Assembly: GCA_040954595.2 (NCBI GenBank)
Contig: CM082596.2
Coordinates: forward strand, 1,143,754-1,207,753
From: Balanoglossus misakiensis
Taxonomy: Eukaryota; Animalia; Hemichordata
Reading direction: 5' to 3'
Length of the DNA stretch: 64,000 bases
The notes under the pieces were generated by a model. That model worked only from the letters and a program-made list of their open reading frames with translations. It searched no databases and was not told the origin of the DNA. Below are positions 12,262 through 23,300 of this stretch, one piece after another (positions within the stretch are counted from its first letter, which is position 1; every line of letters begins with the position of its first letter). The translations under genes and the position numbers were made by a program.

Positions 12262-12739
12262 AGACATATGTATTGTAACGGAACAGTTTAGCGTTTAATG
12301 CGTTCACACATGCGTGGTATTATTACCTGTATCACAGTCCAGGAACTAGCCCTGTGCATGTATATATTAAAATCTAATTACACACGTGTCCTTATTTATT
12401 GGCATAACGACAGGAAAACGCTGACTTCCAGTGGGGGGGGGGGGGGCGAATAAGCCAACAGGGACTGCGTTCTGTTATAGGGATCCCCTTTACAGCCATC
12501 AGACCATTTCTTACAAGCATTCCGAGAATGAGAAAGCCACTTACGAAAGTTTTGCCATACAGATGGGTTTATGGCTCAACAACAACATTGTGACGTAATG
12601 TACTAAGTTTAATTCACACCATACTGAAAGTGTCGCGTTAGTAGATAGTAGGTTGTTAATATTTCCTTGTGTAGTACTGTGCCAGACAATTAACTGTCCA
12701 CATCCTGTCCACTGGTGAAGTGACACGGTTTAGTCGGAT

Positions 12740-12769
12740 CCCCCCCCCCCGGGGGGGGGGGGGGGGGGG
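12740..12769. repeat. Adjacent poly-C and poly-G runs
   Basis: A C run followed immediately by a longer G run, between the divergent sulfotransferase B and VPS8 starts; further G/C runs at ~12433-12446 and ~13661-13675. Confidence 0.85.
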
Positions 12770-13082
12770 ACGTACTGTGAATTCTGTGCAGCGCAGCCAG
12801 CGGTAGAAATGGGAAGACTCAAATGGGGTTAGCAACAGATTACCTTGGCACGATTCGGAGTCCGAGCAGAGCATCGTTAACAAATCTGGGTCTTTATTAC
12901 AAATAAAAGTCGTATAAGGTGTTCTTTAATTGTCTATTTTATAGATCTACAAAAAGATTTGACATGGAGTCAGCATTCCCTTCTCCATTGATTTGATGAC
13001 CAGACAGGCTGTGAATTCAGTAATGGATCCGAAACCGAATCTGATTCCGGGGCATACTGAAAAGTCACGAAAAAGCAGGAAA

Positions 13083-16000
13083 ATGGCGGAAGGTTTGGAA
13101 AGTGCCCTAGCTGCTACGGCAAATGTTACAAGCGGCGACTCGCTTGACCTGAATTATCTTGGATTGGGGTCGGTAAGTATACCTGAAGTAATAAATAGCC
13201 CATCTGTACCGTTGTGTATGCGTTCGTTCCGTTCGACGTGAATGTATTTGTCATCGTAAGGGGGAGTGTCTTGATCACATCATCCGCTCATCACCATGTA
13301 TGCAAGCATCATGTGCATTATGTACTTGTAGCCCCTATTCTAGGACTTTTTAGCACGCTCGGGAGAGAGTTCTTTTATTTAGAAGAACCGAATCACAAAG
13401 AAACGGCCCCTTGAATAGTTCATTGTGAATGTGTTGATCCCGGTCATCAAAGGGGGCGTGTCCCCTTGTCGTGATCAAAGTGGGCGTGTCTCACATCGCG
13501 TTCGCCGTGTAAACAAACAACTTCCAGGCGACTGTGCTGCCATACTGAACTATGATCAGAGATCAAATGGCCAAACTTCAATATAGTTGTATAATCAGGG
13601 TGGTTCCTATGTACCATTGGGGTGTGTGGCTGATTACCCTCACGGACCGGGAGTAATCAGCCCCCCCCCCCCCCCGTACATCTGCGTACCACAGCTAGGT
13701 GGTTCCACATACTCTCTCATCTGATTTGTTTTTGTGTACATAGTGAGTTGAAGTTTGTTTTATTTCCAGTTTGATGACAGTGACTTGGATATACCCGAAG
13801 TAGAGGATGTACCAACCTTAGAATCTATCCTGAATGAGGTGAGTGTGATGGAATACAACTTGTCTCACCCTCAGCCTTATCTTGCTGTTATGGTTAAAAG
13901 GTTCTCTGTTATAGGCTAATGTCCCTGAGAGTTTGTAATTAAAGGCATACATTTTAAAATCTTATCTTGGTTTGAGTAAATAAAATTTTCTTTTTCTTTC
14001 TCATTCAGCCTGATGATGTCTTTGAGTTGGATGACAGTGAACTGGGTTTGTTCTCGGAGACCGGGGAATCACCTATTGATCCAAGTGCTGCAACTGCGTC
14101 TGGTGTCTCCAGTTCAGAAAAGATGTCACCTCATAAACAGTAAGTATTGTATTCACTTTTGTCTGCATTTCAATTTAGTATGAGACATTGAATTCATGAG
14201 ATATTTCTTCAAACCTTGTCTTCATCGTTTGTTGATTATAATTTTCAGGAGAAAGAAAAGCAGTGTGATGTATGCTGCTCATGGATCTATCATACGACAT
14301 GTCATGTTGAAAGGAATTTCTTCACAACTTGTGTCTGCTGCAGTGAGTACCGTTGTTCATTTGTTTGTTTCATTGAGATAATGTAGAAGCAATTCCGAGA
14401 AACTACATTTTGATTGTTTGGCCTACCAGTTATCTTGAATTCATCACTGAACTGCTGAGTTTCAAATGATGTTTGTCAAAGACTTCAAACTTCTCTATCC
14501 AATTTTTTATATTGACAGGACAGAGTAGATGCAGGCAAACCCACTGCCATGGCTGTATCAGCATTGATTTCAATCGGCACATCTCATGGTCTCATCATGG
14601 TGTTTGGTAAGTCAAAAATTATTTTGAATGTTTCTTTGCCACATATCATACTCACCATGAAGCTCTCTCAACTGGTTTACTGTTGAGAGAGCTTCATGGA
14701 GAAAATCCAATTGGTGGTGCAGATGTGAATTATTACTGAATTCTATACACACACTTCTCAGTTAGTAAAATTCTTCTATTTTAATCCAAACCTACTTACA
14801 TGGTAAATTTGATCTCTACAGATCCTAAACAAGCATTGAAATGGTGTTTAGGAAGTACAGCTGTAGGAGCGCAATATGGTGCTGTCTCAGCTCTGTGCAT
14901 CAACAACGATTGCTCGAGACTACTTGCTGGATTTGCTAGAGGGCAGGTCAGTAATTGTCAGAAATATTGTTGACATTTTTCATGTGTTATTCAAACACAC
15001 AATGATGTTTATGCATGCAGTTGTGACATTGTTCGACAGAAGTGCTTTTGAAGTGCTGAAAAAGTTCAACTTAAATAATTCTCTGTGTTTGCTTTGTATT
15101 TTTCCCTTCCCAGATGACAATGTGGGATTTGTCTACAGGCAAACTCTTACGTACCATCACAGATGCCCATCCACCAGGCTCAGCTGTATTGCACATCAAG
15201 GTAAATCGTAGATTCCAGTAGATCTTTGTCATAAAATTCATGATTGTATCTTCAGTATGTAAGATCCAGAATTATGTACCAAGATAAACTAACCCACAAT
15301 GATTCTTGGACAGTTCTTCCTGACTTTGCATTTTCTGTTGATAGTTTACAGATGACCCGACACTTGCAATATGCAGTGACAGTGGTGGTTCTGTCTTTGA
15401 ATTGAGTTTCAAGTAAGTACTCTAGTCATATCTGTGGCGTTGTGATGTGTTGTGTATATTCCAGAGTTTGTCAGTCTTGCCACAAATTGTGTGGAGTCCA
15501 GGAAAGAATGTATTTAATCTCGACATAACACTGACATCATCTCCTTCCATCTTTTCTACACAGGAGAGTGATGGGAATGAGATCGTGTGAATCCAAATGT
15601 TTATTTTCTGGAAGGTAAGTATAGGAATCGAGAAAAAATTATTCAAAATTTATAATCTGATAGTTCTGTTGCATTGGATTGAAAAATAGTGTCAGACAAC
15701 AAAGTCAACATACGGTGAAATATGCTGAAATACAGTAGTAATTTTGACAACTTTGTTTTTTAATTTTCAGTCGAGGTGAGGTGTGTACGATTGAACCATT
15801 GCACATGAATGCAACTGTGAAAGATCATCCTTTGCAAGATGTGTCTCTGCTAGCAATGGCCACGTTATCCAAGGTAGGCTTACAAGTGATGAATTTCTTA
15901 AAGACATGTTGGTAGATTGTATATCAAAAATTCAAATGCTATATAGAGACAGACATGACAGTGATATTGGTCAACTCCGCAGGCTACTTCAACAATTTGA

Positions 16001-19000
16001 AGTGTAAAAAGAAACTGTAATTTCATTGCAATTAATTGAACATTAATCTTTATTTCATATCTTCCAGGTACTTATTGTCACCATAAGACCCAAGCTGCAG
16101 GTGTTGTTTACAAAAGCTTTAAAGGTAAGATACTTTCTCGCATCCTAGCTTTGATGAAGCGTACTTTCATTTTTTGCCACTGAATAATCTCTAATACTGA
16201 TATAACTCACCTTACTTCTACAGGGTGATCAGACCTCACTGCCTCTTCTGACCTGGCAATTTGTGATCATCCAAGTCTCAGACTCAGCAAGAGTAATTGA
16301 TCCTGTCTTAGCATTTGCAAGGGGTAATTCCATTCTGTTCTATCAGGTAAGATCACTTTACTTCACAAGTGAAATCTTCTCTCCAGTTTCCACCAAATTT
16401 CCAGCCCTTTCCATTGGTACACCTGTCATGAATAACAGTATTGTTTTCTCCTGTATCATTTCAGGTCATGTGTCAAGATGTGAACAATATCAAGTTTGCT
16501 CCGTTACAGAAAGTGGAGCTGCCATACATGTTACTAAGCATTGCTGTAAGTCTATAATGTACATACTTGTTGTTTTAGTGTGCTGTTTACTCCTACAGTA
16601 TCTCTGATTGTTTTTAAGTTTATAACTGAAACCAGAACTTTATTTTTTGTATTGTAAGTCAGTTTTGTCAAGATAATCAGGAATGTTTTTCAAGGGAAGT
16701 TTTAATTTACCGCTTGACATAATATTTATCTTTTAACAAACTTATTTACTCTGCCCTCTTTTTTTCTTTCCATTCACAGTGGTTTAATTCAAGAACCATG
16801 GTTACTGTAGACACAACTGAACGATTACATGTGATTGATGTCAGAACAGAAGAAGAGCTTGAGGTCATTGATCTTGTAGATGTGGAATTGGTCTATGGTT
16901 CCAGTTATTTCAAGTCCCTGGCTACTGGTGGCAATGTCAGCAAAGCGCTGGTAATGAAACTGTCTTTGTAATATTCCATTCAAGATTTTCTCATTTGTAT
17001 TCACCTTGATAAATTCTAATGTTTTACTAGTCACATACATGTACATGTATCTGTTTTTCCTTGTTTCCAGGCATTAGCTGGAGAGCATGCTTGTTACCAA
17101 TCGATTGTCAGTTACACTGGACAGCTGCTGTTTGTAGGAACGAAGGTGAGTTTCATTATGATGTATAAGCTAGTTGGTTAGTCTGTATTTGTAGGAAGTA
17201 TGGTGAGAAATGGAATTTCATTGGTCAAAGGTTCGCCACAGAATACCTGGGATATTAGAATAAGTGAATGCAAGGATGCCAGCAAAATAATAATGAAATA
17301 TTTTATTTTTTCAGTCTGTTCATGTTATGACAATGAGGACATGGAAAGAGGTGAGGATATTTTCTTTGAAATTTATGGAATTTTATAAAGCCTTTTGTGA
17401 AAATTTCTCATTTAATTTCATTCTATTTTGAAAAGTAATGAGACATTTTCATTGATATATTTTATTTTGTTTGCCATGCAGAGAATTGAGTTACTGGTGA
17501 AACAGAACAAATTCAAAGAAGCATTGACGTTGGCATTGTCATTTTACACTGGCAAAGCAAAAGCTGTTGTAGGTAAGTACCTTGTTAATGATAAATCTAT
17601 GATAGTTTTACACGTAATTCAAAAACATTATACCTATTCACCAGCTCTGTAACATACAGGATATGACTTAAATGTAATTTATTTTTTATGCACAATGAAC
17701 ACCGAAGCTTCAATATAATTTTTGTTTGATAATTTGGATCTCTGATTTTTCTTTCTCTAGATAGTTCTGGTCGTGAGTACTCTTTCAGCCATCTCTATCC
17801 AACATATTTGCTTTCCATTTATCAGTCACAGATTCAGTCATCTAGTATGTCCAATGTTTCCTCAAACAGCATCAATTATCCAATCTTTCCTGCACAAAGA
17901 TGATACTAAAATCACTAACCAAAAATGACCTAGAAACTATCCTACATAAAGAATTGTCTCAAAACATTTTCCTGAGCAAATTAGAAGACTCATGTCAGAA
18001 AATGATAAGAAAACCTTCATACATGTTTGATAACTCCGTCAGGCTAGGATTGTGTGCTGTCATTTTCACAGACTATGCACGGTGGGGTTAATTTTGCTGG
18101 GTTTCACGATACATGCATGAATAGTAAAAACAGTTTTACTCAATCCCCACATTTTTCCTTGCCATCTTCTGTGAAGCATGATCTACTAACCATATACTTG
18201 TGTCTCCAGATACATTTTAACACAAAACGGAATGTCATGTTTGCTATCCTATTGATGTGAAAAAGAATGGAATGATCTTTGATGACTTTTTGCCTGAATG
18301 CCTTGGTAATATTGTTTGTTTGACACTCAAATTAATATCCAATCTACCAACTCTTCTCTTTTTACAGGACTGATTGGAAGTCAGGGTAAACGGAAAGCAC
18401 TGGTTTCAGATCGGGTAAGTAGAACTGTGGATTGTGGAAAGTGTTCCCAGAGGGCACTAATAACACACCATTGTGTGTGGGAAATTATTCTTTGTGACGA
18501 TGTTAGATATAGTAATTACTGGCCGAGTGGTATGATAGATGGCAAGTGTCTCCTGCCTCCAGGGCTCATAGTTCTATATCAGCCTTCATGTTTGTGTTTT
18601 TTTTCTCTCCAGATATTGGATTTACTTTTTACGTTTGTTGATCTGTCGATGACTCAAAACTGCCCTGAGAGAGGTACCATTGAAGTTTTGGAACGACATT
18701 TCCAGGTATGTTAATGTTTTGTTCTAGCATGGTAGTTCAGGAGACAATACAGAGATTTGGTCATGCTTCTATGCTACCTATTTGTGTGTCTCTTCTATAG
18801 GGAAAGAGTGCTTGATATTTTTAAGTGTATTTTTTTGTATACTTGCAGGAAGTGGTACCCATATGTGTTGACTACTGCCTGACACTTGACAGAACGTAAG
18901 TGTAACATCTCATCACCTAATATGCCTTGTTTTGTAATTCAGCATCTTGGTAGCTCTTGACAATAGAAGAATGCAATTGCTATCTTTTCATCACTGTTTC

Positions 19001-20306
19001 AGGGATATTCTATTCAGTACCATCTTTGATAAGTTTGGAGCAGACATGATCGCCAAGGGAGTCTTCCTGGAATGCTTAGAACCATACATCCTGAATGACA
19101 AACTGGTCTCTATCACTCCAACGGTCATGAAGGATTTTGTGGAACATTATGAGTTGAAAGGAATGCTGCAGAATGTAGAGGCTTGTATTGTACACATGGA
19201 TGTAGCTAGTCTAGATATTCATCAGGTATGTCAGTATTATTCCATGCTGGTTTTCTGGAGGCTTGTTTTGTGTTCACGTTGAGCCATATTGATTTGAAAA
19301 AGTTTGTAAGGTGACTCAAACGAGACTTCTAGCTTTCAAATTTCAGTCTTTCTGTAGATAAGAGATACATGTAATTGTTTGACATATTGATGCCTTTTTC
19401 CCTGTTTTGCCAGGTTGTAGTGCTGTGTTGGGCCCATGGCTTGTATGACGCCATCTTGTATGTCTACAACAAAGGTATGAATGATTATGTGACTCCATTG
19501 GAGGAATTACTGAAGGTTTTACAGGCAGCTACATCATCCACTAAACAACTCACTGATGAACAGATCAAGCTAGGAAATAAGTTGCTTGTATATATCAGGT
19601 AAGGCCCATTGATCACTGTGGAGTGGTTTGATCCTGCAAAATGAATATCACTGGAGTCCGTTGGAATCATTTTCATTATCAGAAAGAAATAGAAATAGAA
19701 ATGGCTATGGTACATGTAGCAGGCAGTATTAAGCAATCTGTCACAGTGAAATAATTCTTTTTTTACTTTCATACACAGTTGTTGCTTGGCAGGCAGAGCC
19801 TATCCCTTTGGCGACATCCCAGAACAGATTGTCCATGATGTCAAGGAGTCGGTAAGTTTCTCCCAGTTCTCTCAGATTTTAATCTCTACACCCTCAGAAT
19901 GGCCAGAACATACTCCTTCAATATTGTTCTCTGGAGCTTCAGTTGAGAGAGTTGATGTCTGATTGTAAAGTGACTTATTTGATATTTCTCCCCAGGTGTT
20001 CAAATGCATCACACTGTTACACACGAAGGGTCACAATGAAGAAGAACCAGCGTATCCATACTTGAGAACGTTGCTGCAATTTGATACCCGAGAATTCCTC
20101 AATGTTTTGGCTCTCGCGTTTGAAGAACCTGAGTTTGATTCATCAGAAGGGTAAGTGGAATACTTGCTGTTTAGTGTCTGTGTTGGTGTTGGTGTTTTAT
20201 TCGAGGGAGATTTGGTTTGTCTGTGGCCCCTCCACTGTGCTCAGCTGAATCATGCCTGTCTGTCTGTCTATCTACCGGTCCATGTATATCTGTGTGTGTG
20301 TGTGTC

Positions 20307-20344
<38 letters not shown>

Positions 20345-23300
20345 TCTATCTCTCTCTCTCTCTGTTTCCATGGAGAAGATAGCCCTAATGTTGCCACTGA
20401 ACTTAAAATTTTGATTATTTTTTTTCATTTTCAGTACATTTCCTTTAAGTGTGCAATCTAGACAGCGAGTTGTGGATATCCTGCTCCAAATCATGGTGGA
20501 GAGCATTGGATTTTCTGTAAGTATTGTCAGATTTGCCGACAGACAATGTCAAGTTTATTTTAAAAGCGGAGAACCTTGGAGATTTTTCTGTGTGGTCATC
20601 TTCTGATCTCTTTCATTTCCACAGCCGACCCAGATTGGATGTCTCTTCACATTCTTGGCTCGGCAGATGGCAAAGCATGAAAGTAGCATCATTGTCAACA
20701 GATTGTTGTTTGAACAGGTAAGTTGATGTTCCTAGGTTTTAAATGTTATGTGTCGTCTAAGCTGTTAAGTTTTGTTGTGTGAGTGTCTAAAACATTTACT
20801 GGCACGCTCCTGTCACTGATATTATTGACTGTACGTTTAAACTTTACATCCAGGTTCTTGAGTTCCTGTCGAACCCAAACGATGAAAGTCGACATGAGGA
20901 AAGACAACAAGCATTGTTGGAATTATTGAATGCTGGCGGCTTGCAACAGGTCAATGAACACAAACTCCTGTCACTGGCTGAAAATGCGAAATTGTAAGTA
21001 TCTGATTCAAATTATTTATCCAAGACTATTCAAATGTTAGACAGTTCTTCTGCAAACCAGGGCTGTTTAGGTATTTTGAGAAGGGAGAAGGGACCCAAGT
21101 AATGAAATTCCTTTCAAATGGTTACAGGTTCTTTGCAAGGAATTTGCATTGGACAAACTGGTACAGTGTAATGTGATTAATGTATTTAATCTCGATCTGT
21201 AATAAGCTACATTGCAGTATTACTAAGAAAGCCTAAGTCACTGAAAAAAGAAATCCACTATGAGACAGTTGTGTTGTTGTTTATAACGAAACAAACTTGA
21301 TGACAGGCTGATAGAAAAGAATTAATATGAAAAATCATATCTAGGATTTATATAAAGTTTTTTTTCACTCTGTTTAGCAAAGACTGAATATTTTTTTCAC
21401 AAAGATATGAAAGATGAAAAGTCACTGAAAATCAAGTGTAAATGTTCTTCCTCTTTTGGGATTCTCACATCCTTGCAGAACTCATTAAATGTACTACAGG
21501 TATATATATAAAAGTTCTGTAGTTTTACTTATCCGATCAGTTAATATGTATAGTAGTCCAATGTAAAATGTTTGAATAATGATAAAGGAATAATATGTGA
21601 CAAGGGTGGGATTTACTTGTAAATTGGTTTACTACATACCAGCAAATTGGTTTACTACATACCAGCATTTAGTGTGGATCAGCTGTTCATTACAAAACTT
21701 ACCATCACCATATTTGTAATCAATCAAATGTTTCTGATATGAATGAAGATTATTAGTGATATGGTCATGTGTAATGTTCAAAATTCTTCATCAAGTTAAT
21801 ACTGCTCCAAAATTTACAAAGATTGGTACAGTAGACTTGTCAGTGTTCTCGAGGAAAGCAGAACTGCAGTGGGAAATTCAACTTGGTGAACACTTCATTG
21901 ATGTTCATTCACACGCTCTGAACAACGATTGCAGCCTGTTTTATTCTATCGCACACAGTCTGTGTTGGTAGCATTTCATAAAGTGCGCCATCAGACATTT
22001 GCATGTAAACGCTGCCATCATCGTTTGTGACAACTCGTTGGGCGTGCATTGCCTGTTGGGATGGCGCGACCATCTCCTCTTTGTCTGCAGAGGGGGGTGT
22101 TGTGGTTGGGTCGGTCTTTGTGGATGACTGTGACAGTTCCTGTGTTAAGTGTTCACCTTCAGCTGCATTGGAGTCTGCGGCTACATCTTGTTGATGATCT
22201 TTCTGTGTGGATCCTTGCTGCTGATTATGTTGCAGATGCTGACTGTTTTGCTGTTGTAGCTCTTGTTGCGGTGATGAACCTTGCAGCTGATCTCGCTGTG
22301 GCTGTTGCTGGGCAGACTTTGTAGGAATCAGGGTATACACTTCATTTCCAACCATGATTGTGTACTGTCCGTTTAAAGTGTCTAACTGCAAATCACCTAG
22401 TGATAATGAGGACGGTGAATTTGGGACAGATCTCGGCTGATCATCCTTGCCGCTCAATGGCTTGATTTGTTGCTCCTGCGGTTGGTGATGGTTGCCATCT
22501 GCATTTCCTTGTGGAGACATCTGTCTAGCTTCATCATTCTGCTGCTTGATTGGTTCAACTGTAGATGCAACACCTTGTTGAAGTCTCTCAGAATTCATCC
22601 CTCCATTGCTGTGTGCCTGTTCTTCACCTGCGATATTGTCACCATGGGAACCTGACTGTGACTTCATGGCCGCATCACTCAATTGCTGACGACCTTCTTG
22701 GTCAGCTTCAGCAATCTTTGCATCTTCACTGTAACCATGGTGAGCAGTCTGAGAAGCAGGGGTGTTTGTAGTTAGCGTCTGATGACAATCAACTTTTGAA
22801 GTGGCATCACTCTCAGTACATCCATTAGCTGTGCTCAGAGTAGTTGGAGTTTGCAAATCTTTCTCTTCATCAATCTTTTCTCCAGAGACTGATTTCACAC
22901 CAGCCTTCATAGGGACATACCCATTGTTGTCACTCTGTCCAATATTCAATTCCACACCCCCATGCATACCACTGGCTAGGTCCAACATATTGTCACTTGC
23001 GTTTGCAGTTTTATCCAGAGTAGAGTACTTAGCATTCCCATTTTGCAATTTCACCGGCTCTTCGTAATCTGTATCATTCCCAGCGCTTTTTATGGTCGAG
23101 TACATTATGTATGGATTCATGTAATTTCCATCGACATTATCTGGCAACTCTGTGTAGGTGTGTTCTTCATCATCATCGTCAAGATTGTGTGCAGAGTTCA
23201 TCTCACCAGAGATTCTCTCGTGGTTTTCGTTTGGTAAGAGGGGCAAATCCCTCCCCGGTAGATATCTGCTGTTGTAATTATTCAAGTTCTCTATAGCCAT

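Noticed and set aside
21621-21666. 23-bp tandem duplication (aaattggtttactacataccagc x2)
   Set aside because: Ordinary slippage duplication with no functional evidence.
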